Assembly: GCA_963719515.1 (NCBI GenBank)
Contig: CAVRCJ010000018.1
Location: 1-64,000 of the forward strand
Origin: an uncultured cyanobacterium
GTDB lineage: Bacteria > Cyanobacteriota > Cyanobacteriia > CAKZMO01
DNA: 64,000 nucleotides
Direction: 5' to 3'
The notes beneath the pieces were generated by a model that saw only the letters and a list, made by a program, of their open reading frames with translations, searched no databases and was not told the DNA's origin. Below are positions 1 through 9,677 of this stretch, one piece after another. Position numbers and translations under genes: made by a program. Numbering within the stretch: the stretch's first letter is position 1; each line of letters begins with the position of its first letter.

Positions 1-113
1 TCGCCATCAATGCAGTACTCAGTATAGTCAAGATCTTTGTCATCTAACAGCGCTTTGGCACGTAGGCAAAAGGGACACATGCTCCAGGTATAAATTTCGA
101 TCTTTGCTGCCAT
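1..113 (-). CDS. grxC: Glutaredoxin 3, 5' part (runs off the window start)
   Basis: Manual translation MAAKIEIYTWSMCPFCLRAKALLDDK... with CPFC dithiol motif; GGAGGA RBS upstream. Confidence 0.85.
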   Translation of the reverse strand, partial: MAAKIEIYTWSMCPFCLRAKALLDDKDLDYTEYCIDG

Positions 114-337
114 ATTGTCGTCCTCCAGTATAAAAAACTTCAGATTAGTGTAAGTGCTCACTGATTGTAATGTTTGCAACTAAGCCATGGGGTTACCGAG
201 ATCACTGTTGAATGACCTCTATCCCAAATCATCCAATATCTGCCTTAAGTATCGCGCCGAACGGAACCTTAGGCCGAAGGACGCTTCCGAAAATTGTTCG
301 ATAGTGCTTTCGGCAGTCTTGTGGCCTTGAGCAGAGG

Positions 338-1773
338 CTAAATATCTAAGCGGGTCGACCAGTCTTGCCCCACTCGAATCGTCAGATCCGACTCCAGATC
401 GCCAGTGGAGGTCGACACGACGTTCCCAACGCCGATGAGCTGCTCTAGCAGCGCGCCCCCCGGACGTCGCCTCGCTGAGCAATGATTTGAGTCTGCGCCT
501 GCGTCGTGGGCCAATCAGGAACGATATAGACGCGCTCAAACCCTTGGTCCCGTAAATGCTGTGCCATCTGCTGCGCGGAATAGGGCGACTCCGATGCGTT
601 TTGTACCGCGATGCGCATCGTCTGCTGGAGACTAACGCCATCTGGGGCGCCTGCCGCCTCAGCCCGAGTCAGCCGGTCGGTGAGGGGCCGCGAACGCGAT
701 GGGGTCACCTCGAAGTAGTCCTGCATGATGCGGCTGACGTCGCCGGTATCCGGTATCCAGTAGCTTGCGAAATATTCGTCAATCCGGCTGAACTTCCCTG
801 GCAGCATCACCATATTCACGTCAGAGCGCTCTAGACCCAGAGCAAAGTTTGTCAACGACAAAATCTCTTCCCCATTCAAGTTGGTGTCAACATGGGTCCG
901 GATCAGAGTAATCAGCGCCGGAATCTTCGTCAGCATAGCGGGACTAGAGAGGCGATCGCGCAGAGCTCCGAGCAGGACTTGCTGCCGCTGCACCCGGCCA
1001 ATATCCCCATTGCCGTCACTGCGAAATCGAGCAAACTGCTCGGCCTGATCGCCACTGAGACGCTGCTGACCTGCCTTCAGATCGATGTGCAGGTCTTGGG
1101 TCTGGTCGACGTAGGACATATCCTGGGGAACAAACACATCCACCCCGCCCAGGAGATCGACCAGCGCCCGAAACGCCGAGGTGTTGAAGCGCACATAGCG
1201 ATCGACCTCCACGCCCTGGAGGTTGTGGCTGACGACCGCCGCCGCCAGCTTTGGCCCCCCCAGGAGATTAGCGTGGTTGACCTTAGTGACGCCAGAACGT
1301 CCCGGAAACTCAACCAGGGTATCTCTAGGTATGGAGAGCATACTGATGGTTTGCTCCTCAGGGTTGAGGCGCACCAGCAGCATCGTATCGCTACGACCCG
1401 CAAATCGAAGGTTGTCACCGCTCCTATTTCCTTCAGCAACGCGGTCGACCCCCATCAGCAAAATATTGATGGGACGAGCCACCTCGTAGCGTACGCCCTT
1501 TCGCCACAGTTCAGGCAGCGAAAAAGCGGCCTGTTCCCCTTCTGCAGCAGGTTCGGGAGGACTTGCCAGCGACATCCCCACCAGGGTGCCGGCTCCTGCA
1601 GAGACCAGCGTCACTAGCGCGAACAGGCCTCCCAGCAGGACCGCTTTCTGCCGGGGGCGGGTGAAACTCTGTGGCTTTTGGGGAGACGCTTCTAGATCGG
1701 TTGAACTATCAAACCGTAGGTTCTCATCAGAAAGCGACGACGGTGCTGCCGCCTGTTTATCTTCCACGCTCAC
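338..1773 (-). CDS. LCP (LytR-CpsA-Psr) family protein with C-terminal LytR_C-like domain; apparent 1-bp frameshift near 455
   Basis: GRSDTMLL, SIPRDT, GDIGRVQRQQ motifs; the ORF stops at 445 but the typical C-terminus (...STGDLESDLTIRVGQDW) continues in another frame to 338. Confidence 0.85.
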
Positions 1774-2046
1774 TCCTCACTCCTGCGGTAAGACTCACCG
1801 TCTGATCGGCCCGTTTTGTTTGATTGCCGATCGGTTTGCCGCTTCAATCATAATCATTATTGCGCAAGTGTTAAAAATCTTATATCAAAGGAAGCCTAAA
1901 TTTGTCTCCGACAGGGGCCATCAGATTGGGATAACCTGCCTGCAGTTAAACTTCCGGTAAAGCCAGGGTGGGGGCTATCGATAAAGGCTGGAAACCTATC
2001 TATGATGGAGCAAACCCTAACTACATATAACTAAATAGAGTACATT

Positions 2047-3099
2047 ATGATTCCTGTTATTTTAGCTGGCGGAAAAGGAGAGCGGTTTTGGCCTGTGAGC
2101 CGAAAGCACCGACCTAAACAGTTTTTATGCTTAGACGGTAGCGGAGAAAGCCTGCTGCAGGCCACCGCTACTCGTCTGCTAGACGTCTCGGCGGGCTGGG
2201 ACAATCTTTGGGTGATTACGGCCTCCCACCTAGCGGACGGCATTCGCAAGCAGCTGCCCCAACTGCCCGAGAGCAACCTCTTGATTGAAAGCGAAGGGCG
2301 AGACACCGCCCCAGCAGTGGCCTGGGCGACGATGGAAGTGGCCAAACGCCACGGCGATGACGCCGTCGTGGGCTTTTTTCCTGCGGACCATTGGATCGGG
2401 AATTTAGATCAGTTCCACCAAACCCTCCACGCTGCGGCGGAGCTTGCGGTCAGTCATCAGGCGATCGCCACCCTAGGGATTGCCCCCACCTATCCCTCCA
2501 CCGGCTACGGCTATATCGAGCAGGGGGACGACATTGGTACCTTCAAAGACTTGCCGGGGTACGCGGTCGCCCGGTTCACCGAAAAGCCTGATCAGAAAAC
2601 CGCCGAAGGGTTTTTGTCTAGCGGTCGCTTCAGCTGGAACAGCGGCATGTTCATTTTCCAGGCGGGGCTAGCCCTCAAAGAACTGGCGCAGTATGCCCCT
2701 GAGGTTTTAGATCCGCTGCGCGCCAGCGGGCCCTCCTGCTACCCCACCCTGCCTAAGATCAGCATCGACTACGCTCTGATGGAGAAAACGGAGCGGGCCT
2801 GCGTGCTGCCGGTGACCTTTGAGTGGGACGACTTGGGCGACTGGAATGCCATCGAGCGACTGCACAGGGCGGAGGGCGCAGCCAATGTGGAGCTGTGCCA
2901 GCATGTGGGCCGGGACACGACGGGAACCGTAATCTACAACACGGACGAGGATGAGGTAATTGTCACCATCGGCCTGGAAGACGTGGTAGTGGTGCGAGAC
3001 GGTAATGCGACTTTGGTCGTCAATAAGCACCGCACCCAGGAGATCAAGCAGGTGCTGAAGGTGCTGAAGGAGAACCCGAAGTACGCTGACCTGCTGTAA
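2047..3099 (+). CDS. manC: Mannose-1-phosphate guanylyltransferase
   Basis: ILAGGKGERFWPVSR, PKQFL, GRDTAPA, FTEKP, WNSGMF, WDDLG motifs. Confidence 0.9.
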   Translation: MIPVILAGGKGERFWPVSRKHRPKQFLCLDGSGESLLQATATRLLDVSAGWDNLWVITASHLADGIRKQLPQLPESNLLIESEGRDTAPAVAWATMEVAKRHGDDAVVGFFPADHWIGNLDQFHQTLHAAAELAVSHQAIATLGIAPTYPSTGYGYIEQGDDIGTFKDLPGYAVARFTEKPDQKTAEGFLSSGRFSWNSGMFIFQAGLALKELAQYAPEVLDPLRASGPSCYPTLPKISIDYALMEKTERACVLPVTFEWDDLGDWNAIERLHRAEGAANVELCQHVGRDTTGTVIYNTDEDEVIVTIGLEDVVVVRDGNATLVVNKHRTQEIKQVLKVLKENPKYADLL

Positions 3100-3195
3100 G
3101 CTAGCCTTTTTTCTAGCAATTTTTTTTGGCAGCTCAGCTGCAAGGCAGGGTAAAAGGGTCCAGCCCGTCGCCCTGGGAAAAGTGCTCTGAACCCC

Positions 3196-4212
3196 CTACG
3201 GAATCTGCCAGATGCGATCGTGGTACTGGGTGGGGGTGGCGTAGGGGTCGGGCTGACCGTGGTTATGCTCGTGGTGCCCATGGCCATGCTCATGCCCATG
3301 CCCAGCTGCCGGGTCCCCTGCCGCCAGACGAAACTTGCACATCTCGCAGTTCATCTGTACCTGCCCCAGCTGGGTCTCAATCTCCCGCGATCGCATCACC
3401 TGAAACAGCTGCGGGTGCAGGCCCATTTCGGGAAGACACTGCACCTGAACATCGGGCTGCTCGGCCTGATGCTGGGCCACGATGTCGGCCACCTTTTCCA
3501 TCAGCACCCCGGTGAACAGAAAGTAGGGCAAGACGATAATGCGCTTTGGCGTATGCAGCTGCGATCGCCGAAAGCCCTCATCCATTCTGGGATGGGTGAT
3601 GCCAATGAAGCAGGTTTCCACCACTCCGTAGCCGCTGCCCTCCCACAGCAGACGGGCCAGCTTGCACAGGTCGCCGTTGGCGTCGGGGTCGCTAGAGCCG
3701 CGCCCCACCACCAGCAGGACGGTATCGGCCCGCTCAATTTGGTGTGGGTTCCAGGCGGGCTCATCTAGCTGGGCCAGACGCGATCGCCACAGGTCCAATA
3801 CCGTGGGGGTGATGCCGAAATGCCGCCCGTAGTGGAAGGTCACCTGGGGGTGACGCTGCCTAGCGCGGTCAAGCTCACCCGTGACGTCGAATTTGTTGTG
3901 GCGGGCAGCAAACAGCAGCACCGGCAAGGCCGACAGATCGCTATAGCCCTGCTCAACGCAGGCGTCAACCCCCTGCTGAATGGTGGGCTCGGTGAGCTCT
4001 AGAAAACAGGGCACCACGGGGCGACTCGGGTCGAGGGCCTGATAGGCCGCCGCAAAATCGAGGACGTTTTGTCGCCCCTGATCGCTGCGGCTGCCGTGGC
4101 CGATAAGCAGCACCGGGCGCGATAAAGGCAGGGGCGACAGCGGCGTACTTAGCGATGCAGAACCTGCCGAGTTGAGCTGCTCGACTGAAATAAAGGATTT
4201 AGTTTGGGTCAT
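3196..4212 (-). CDS. cbiX: Sirohydrochlorin cobaltochelatase CbiX (long form)
   Basis: GHGSR and GRGSSDP motifs, MNCEMC Fe-S motif, His-rich C-terminus. Confidence 0.9.
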   Translation of the reverse strand: MTQTKSFISVEQLNSAGSASLSTPLSPLPLSRPVLLIGHGSRSDQGRQNVLDFAAAYQALDPSRPVVPCFLELTEPTIQQGVDACVEQGYSDLSALPVLLFAARHNKFDVTGELDRARQRHPQVTFHYGRHFGITPTVLDLWRSRLAQLDEPAWNPHQIERADTVLLVVGRGSSDPDANGDLCKLARLLWEGSGYGVVETCFIGITHPRMDEGFRRSQLHTPKRIIVLPYFLFTGVLMEKVADIVAQHQAEQPDVQVQCLPEMGLHPQLFQVMRSREIETQLGQVQMNCEMCKFRLAAGDPAAGHGHEHGHGHHEHNHGQPDPYATPTQYHDRIWQIP

Positions 4213-4249
4213 TACACTCTCCCATGCGACGCAGGATAGAGTAGAGTCG

Positions 4250-4375
4250 CAAATGGCATTCTGACTGACGAGACCATCCCGGCTAAGAGCGGGGGCTCGA
4301 ACACAGCTGCGGCACAGTGCCGGAATCGTTGCGAGGCAACCTACCGGACTTTCCCATTTCGCGACTAGTCGTCAT
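4250..4375 (-). promoter_or_regulatory. Cobalamin riboswitch upstream of cbiX
   Basis: Minus strand reads GGGAAAGTCCGGT...CCGGCACTGTGCCGCAGCTGTG...AGTCAGAATGCC (B12-box-like); located in the cbiX leader. Confidence 0.85.
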
Positions 4376-4464
4376 TCTTGCCTCGTTATCATAGCGCTTA
4401 TGTTTCGCAGAAACGGAGGCGTCATGTGGGATAACTACAGTGTTCTACCGCATTTGTTCAGGTC

Positions 4465-5328
4465 ATGACGTCCGCCACCCCCCGCGAAATCATCGCTGCG
4501 CTGCTGCCCCACTTGCGGGTCGCCGCTGCCTATTCTCGCCACATTCAGTCCCGCATTGCCGCCCACCCCGACAAAGGTGAGGGCGGCGACAACTTTTTTG
4601 CCGCCGCTCTCACTGACGCTGACCTCTCGGTGCAGACTTTTGTAGAGGTGGCCCTATTGGGGCTGTTCCCCGACGTTCGCTTTTATGGGGAAGAGCACGA
4701 AAAAACCTACAACACCAAATACTTCCGCGCCATTGACCTTGGCCCTGACGGCGATTACCTCATCACCCTTGACCCCATCGACGGCACGCGCTTCTACCTC
4801 GATAATCACCCCAACTACCAAATTATTCTGGGCGTGCTCAACGCCAATGACTTTGAAGCCGTTATCGCCCTCACCCCGGCGCAAGACTGCTACTACTACG
4901 CGCTGCGAAACCAGGGCGCGTTTGTTGGGCGGTTGGCTGACGACCTAGAGGACTGCAAACCGCTGCAGGTCACGCCAACAGAGAAAATTTTGCTGGGCTG
5001 GAACATGGGCCACCTTGCCGGCGGGCTCGATCGCTATCAGGTCGTCGCCGTCCAAACCGACTACTCCCCGACCACGGCCATTCCCAACGTCAACGGGCTG
5101 TTGAGCGGCGACCTCTCCGGCGCAGCGCTGAGAACCGGAAAATTTATTGACGGGGCGGCGATCGCGTTTTTGGCGCAGCAGGCCGGCTGCCTTGTGACAA
5201 CCTTAACCGGAGACCCCCTGCCGCCCTTGCACAGCTGCCAAAGCTATCAGCGATCGGGCCTCCTAATTGCTGCTTCTGAGGCAATTCACGCTGACCTACT
5301 GCGAGCCTATGCGACAGCGACGGCTTGA
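4465..5328 (+). CDS. Inositol monophosphatase family protein
   Basis: TDAD, GEE and LDPIDGT motifs. Confidence 0.85.
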   Translation: MTSATPREIIAALLPHLRVAAAYSRHIQSRIAAHPDKGEGGDNFFAAALTDADLSVQTFVEVALLGLFPDVRFYGEEHEKTYNTKYFRAIDLGPDGDYLITLDPIDGTRFYLDNHPNYQIILGVLNANDFEAVIALTPAQDCYYYALRNQGAFVGRLADDLEDCKPLQVTPTEKILLGWNMGHLAGGLDRYQVVAVQTDYSPTTAIPNVNGLLSGDLSGAALRTGKFIDGAAIAFLAQQAGCLVTTLTGDPLPPLHSCQSYQRSGLLIAASEAIHADLLRAYATATA

Positions 5329-5350
5329 AGAAGATCTTTAAAGAAACAAA

Positions 5351-5379
5351 GCTCCGCAGCGGTTTGACCACTGCGGAGC
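5351..5379. terminator. Hairpin between convergent genes
   Basis: GCTCCGCAG...CTGCGGAGC inverted repeat. Confidence 0.55.
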
Positions 5380-5489
5380 CAGAGAATCTTAAGACTAATC
5401 TTAAGACTAATTTTTAAGAGACCGTAGGTCACCTATTAAAGCTTACCGACGGCTAGAGATCGCTAGGTCATTGTTAACAACGATGGAGC

Positions 5490-5699
5490 TCAGTGAAGTA
5501 TTCGCGTAATCCGAACGTCAAGCTCAGCGGCATCGGGAAAATCGTGTCCGGCGTGGGAACGAGCCGCATAATCGGCGCTGTGAGTCGACTCAGCAGCAAT
5601 TTCGTATCGTGCTGATAGCCGGCGACCTGCAGCACAGGCTGCGCCTTCGCATTCACGGATGTCTACAAACACTTCGTAAGTATGGCTCATCGCAATCAC
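5490..5699 (-). CDS. Small hypothetical protein
   Basis: 69-aa ORF preceded by GAGG RBS, plausible composition. Confidence 0.55.
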   Translation of the reverse strand: MIAMSHTYEVFVDIRECEGAACAAGRRLSARYEIAAESTHSADYAARSHAGHDFPDAAELDVRITRILH

Positions 5700-6092
5700 C
5701 TCTTTTAGAACTTAGGGTTTAGGACTTAATTGAGCGTGTAACGTTAAGGTCAGTATAAGAAGAGACGATGAAATGGGCTTATAGCGCAGACATGGTGTAG
5801 CAAAGCTCTATATTTCTACAATAAGATTTGCAAAATTTAACATCGCGCTCTTCTCGAAGTGCGGAGGTTTCGGGAAGGGCGAAAGGATGGGTCTATTCTC
5901 AGCCAAATCTCTATCAGCATGAAGATGCTGTATTAGATGAACATCTTGATAATAGACAACAGAATGAACATTCCGATGGTCACTGTCTAGCTCTAAAGGT
6001 AGAGTCGTTCTCTAAGCGGATCGGCATGGCGCTGCGGGATTGTTCTAGACTATTGAGCCTAACGATAAAAACGGAGTTTTGGGAGTTTACGT

Positions 6093-6488
6093 ATGGTTGG
6101 AAATCTTGTTGTTTGGCTGGCAACGGTCTTGAGTCTACTCGTTGTCGATCTTATCGTCCCTGGCGTAGAGCTTAGAACCTTTACAGCGGCGCTAATTGCT
6201 GGTGTGGCTTTGGGAGTTGTCAATGCGTTGGTCAAGCCCGTCATCTCAACGCTATCCTTGCCGCTAACGTTTTTAAGCTTCGGCTTGTTTACCCTGGTGG
6301 TCAACGGCGTTTGCTTTTGGCTGGCCTCTTTGTTTGTCCCTGGATTTGCGGTAAGCAATATCCTCGGGTTCATTCTTGGTCCTGTTGTCTTGTCGTTCGT
6401 TAGCTCCTTCCTGGGTAAGTACTTTGCCGAAAAGTATCCTGACCTGAAGCTGGGCGGCAAACCTGAGATTACGACCACCGACGGCTAA
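6093..6488 (+). CDS. Phage holin family / YvlD-like membrane protein
   Basis: Four hydrophobic segments; NALVKP and LPLTFLSFGLF motifs. Confidence 0.8.
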   Translation: MVGNLVVWLATVLSLLVVDLIVPGVELRTFTAALIAGVALGVVNALVKPVISTLSLPLTFLSFGLFTLVVNGVCFWLASLFVPGFAVSNILGFILGPVVLSFVSSFLGKYFAEKYPDLKLGGKPEITTTDG

Positions 6489-6522
6489 ATCAGTTGATCG
6501 ACGCCGTACTACACGGCTGAAT

Positions 6523-6558
6523 AAAAGGGAAGTGGCGACATGCTGCTTCCCTTTTTTG
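6523..6558 (+). terminator. Rho-independent terminator
   Basis: AAAAGGGAAG...CTTCCCTTTTTT hairpin with T run. Confidence 0.7.
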
Positions 6559-6827
6559 CGCTCTGATGCAAGCGTCCTTTATTGAACGAATGGACAATTT
6601 GGTAAACTGTCTTCTTTGACCCATTACCTTTTGACGGTAAAGCTACCGTTTAAAGGCATAAACAATAAGAAACCGCCTAGACGGTAATCCAGGCGGAGTA
6701 TGGTGTGAGGAGTGAACGGAAACAAATTGTCTCCGCTATACAGTCCATTGTAAGCGAGCGATCGGCTTTTGCCAGCCTCTAAAGAACGAGTTTTTGGCGA
6801 TCGCCCCCAATTATCGATCCCGGTTAG

Positions 6828-7991
6828 CTATTTTCCCATCCCAAGCTGCTGGGCTTTTTGGTAAACCTTCCCTTCAGTCAGAAGCGACGGCGCAATTACC
6901 ACGTCGACCTGCTGCATTTCTCGAATATTTTTTGCGCCTAGGGTTCCCATGCTGGTGCGCAGAGCCCCCAGCAGGTTGTGGGTGCCATCGTCGAGCTGGG
7001 CAGGTCCGCGAAGAATCTGCTCTAGAGTGCCGGTGGTGCCCACGTCAATGCGCGTGCCCCGGGGCAAAATCGGGCTTGGGGTTGCCATGCCCCAGTGGTA
7101 TCCCCGTCCTGGCGCTTCTGCAGCGCGGGCGAAGGGAGACCCAATCATGACGCCATCGGCCCCGCAGGCAATACACTTGCAGATGTCGCCCCCGGTAACC
7201 AGCCCCCCGTCCGCGACGACGGGAATATAGCTGCCGGTCTCTTTCTCATAGTCGTCCCGCGCCGCCGCGCAGTCGGCGATCGCCGTTGCCTGGGGTACCC
7301 CCACCCCCAAAACGCCGCGGGAGGTGCAGGCCGCTCCCGGCCCAATACCCACCATCACCGCCGCCGCTCCGGCTTTCATCAGGCTCAAAGCCACGTCGTA
7401 GGTGACGCAGTTTCCCAGCGCTACGGGCATGGGCATTTGCTGGCAAAACTGGATGAGGTCTAGCGGCGTTACCGACTCGGGCATCAGGTGGGCAGTGGAC
7501 ACCACCGTCGCTTGAATAAACACGATATCCGCCCCAGCCTCAGCGATCGCCTCCCCAAAGCGGCCTGCTCCCGCGGGGGTAGCGCTGACGGCAGCAATAC
7601 CGCCCTGGGCCTTGATTTCTTTAATGCGGCGGGTGATTAGCTCCGGCTGAATGGGCTGGGCGTAGAGCTTTTGCATCAGAGTGACGAACTCTGTCTTAGG
7701 CACGGACGCGATCTTGTCGAGCACCGGGTTAGGGTCTTCGTAGCGCGTCTGCAGTCCCTCTAAATTTAAGACGCCCATGGCCCCGAGCTGGGTAAGCTGC
7801 ACCGCCATACCGACGTCAATGACGCCATCCATGGCGCTCGCAATGATGGGAATTTCTCGCTCGATGTCGCCGATGCGCCATGTCGTGTCGGCGAGCGCTG
7901 GGTCAAGGGTTCTGCGTCCCGGCGACAGCGCAATCTCATCAATACCGTACGCCCTACGCGCCGTTTTTCCTTTGCCAATTTGAATGTCCAC
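6828..7991 (-). CDS. guaB: GuaB3-type IMP dehydrogenase family protein
   Basis: [11 protein letters not shown] catalytic motif, ADGG, WGMA; no CBS domains. Confidence 0.9.
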   Translation of the reverse strand: MDIQIGKGKTARRAYGIDEIALSPGRRTLDPALADTTWRIGDIEREIPIIASAMDGVIDVGMAVQLTQLGAMGVLNLEGLQTRYEDPNPVLDKIASVPKTEFVTLMQKLYAQPIQPELITRRIKEIKAQGGIAAVSATPAGAGRFGEAIAEAGADIVFIQATVVSTAHLMPESVTPLDLIQFCQQMPMPVALGNCVTYDVALSLMKAGAAAVMVGIGPGAACTSRGVLGVGVPQATAIADCAAARDDYEKETGSYIPVVADGGLVTGGDICKCIACGADGVMIGSPFARAAEAPGRGYHWGMATPSPILPRGTRIDVGTTGTLEQILRGPAQLDDGTHNLLGALRTSMGTLGAKNIREMQQVDVVIAPSLLTEGKVYQKAQQLGMGK

Positions 7992-8077
7992 GCAACTCAA
8001 GCCCCCACGGCAGTAATGATTTGGAATATTTGAACTAGGGTATCAAATTTTCCTGAGATCTTTGCATGGGGCACGCA

Positions 8078-9355
8078 CTAGTCGAGCGAATTCCCAGCCG
8101 TTGCCTCACTGGCGTCGCTCACAGCTTCAAATAGAGTTGACAAAACGACGTTGGAAAAGAGAAAGCCCTCCGGATCGCTCAGGCGAATGCGATCGCCCGG
8201 TTCAGAGACCACCCAGCCCTTAGCGTGAAAGGGGTCTAGGGTACGGGTAATTTGCTGGGCTATCTTAGAGCCGAAGGCTTGCGCCAGCTCCCTCAGGGAG
8301 AGCCCTTCTGCGAGACGCAGCCCCAGCATTAGCCTATCGAGCAGCTGCTCGGTCGTGGAATCGGGTATGAGCGAGGGCTGGCGGTTCGACTGCACCCACT
8401 CCCGATAGGCCGCCTGCGTGCGGGGCCGCGTTACTCGTCGCTGATGCACATAGCTCGCCGCCCCCATGCCAAACCCGTAGAAAGGCCGGTTGTGCCAATA
8501 GACAAGGTTGTGGCGGCAGCGCGCGCCGGGCTTGGCGTAGTTGGAGATTTCGTAGTGGTCATAGCCCGCCTGAGTCAGCATGGCCTGGGCCTGCCGGTAC
8601 ATAGAGACCGTAGCCTCATCGGAGGGTAAGGGCAATTCTCCTGGCTCATACCAGCGGCTAAAGGCCGTCTTCGGTTCCACAATCAGGTCGTATATAGACA
8701 GGTGGGGCACCCCAGTGGCGATCGCCCGCCGCAGCGATTCGGTCCAGTGGTCTGTCGTTTGGTGAGGCAGCCCAGAGATTAGGTCAAGGCTGACGTTGGT
8801 CAACCCGGCGCGGCGGAGCTGCTCTAAGGCGTAGTCGACGTGGTGTTGGCGGTGGGTGCGCCCGCAGGCGGCCAGCAGCTCGTCTTGAAAAGCCTGCACC
8901 CCCAGGCTGACGCGGTTGATGCCTAGGTCGCGGTAGCGCTCCAGCCTCCCGTCCGTAACCGTGTCCGGGTCCACCTCAATAGAAATTTCTGCCCCCGCTG
9001 TAAGGCCAAACTGCCGCTCTAGCAGAGCCAAAAGTCGCCCTAGCTGACGGCTCGACAGCAGCGAGGGGGTGCCGCCGCCAAAAAACACGGTTTGCAGGGG
9101 GATTGGCGTCGCGGTTTCTAAAGGCGTGGCCGCGATCTCTTCGCACAGCGCGTCGAGGTAGGCGGCGATCGCCCTAGAGCCATGACCGTCATCTTGCGTA
9201 GAAGTAGGCAGCGGAGGGCGATCGCCAACGATGGAGACGGCGAAGTCGCAGTAGTAGCAGCGGCGGCGGCAAAAAGGGATGTGAATGTAGGCCGCCGTCG
9301 GCGCTTGAGCGATGGACAGCGGCGGAGACAATGGGGAAGGTTGGGGGAAAGGCAT
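8078..9355 (-). CDS. hemW: Radical SAM heme chaperone HemW (HemN-like)
   Basis: YIHIPFCRRRCYYCDF, FFGGGTPS, YEISNY, HNLVYW motifs. Confidence 0.9.
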   Translation of the reverse strand: MPFPQPSPLSPPLSIAQAPTAAYIHIPFCRRRCYYCDFAVSIVGDRPPLPTSTQDDGHGSRAIAAYLDALCEEIAATPLETATPIPLQTVFFGGGTPSLLSSRQLGRLLALLERQFGLTAGAEISIEVDPDTVTDGRLERYRDLGINRVSLGVQAFQDELLAACGRTHRQHHVDYALEQLRRAGLTNVSLDLISGLPHQTTDHWTESLRRAIATGVPHLSIYDLIVEPKTAFSRWYEPGELPLPSDEATVSMYRQAQAMLTQAGYDHYEISNYAKPGARCRHNLVYWHNRPFYGFGMGAASYVHQRRVTRPRTQAAYREWVQSNRQPSLIPDSTTEQLLDRLMLGLRLAEGLSLRELAQAFGSKIAQQITRTLDPFHAKGWVVSEPGDRIRLSDPEGFLFSNVVLSTLFEAVSDASEATAGNSLD

Positions 9356-9677
9356 ACTCCGACTGCAATTCGTGATAGCGTTTAGCGTATTGCTGGCCTG
9401 CAACATCTCCAAGCTTGAGACCGCTGGCAAAATATTTCGTAACGGTATTTGACTTTAAGGATCTCAATTTCAAGTTCCACTTCCCAGAAGTTGGGGGCCT
9501 TCTGCGGGCGATGAGCCTTTAGCAGTATTACGTAGCGCAAATTTCGTCAGTAATATCAAAGGCTGAGGGCGGGGGAGTCAGTTTGGTTCAACCGCATCGG
9601 TCCCGGTACCTCTAAACTAGCTCAATCGTCGTGGCCAGGAGCATTAACTTCTGGCCCTCGCTGTAGGAACACCCGCC

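Noticed and set aside
5385..5420. Short AATCTTAAGACT tandem repeat as a functional element
   Set aside because: Only two exact copies and one degenerate copy between convergent genes; no supporting context
6093..6488. Prophage suggested by a holin-family gene
   Set aside because: Common standalone membrane protein family; no other phage genes nearby
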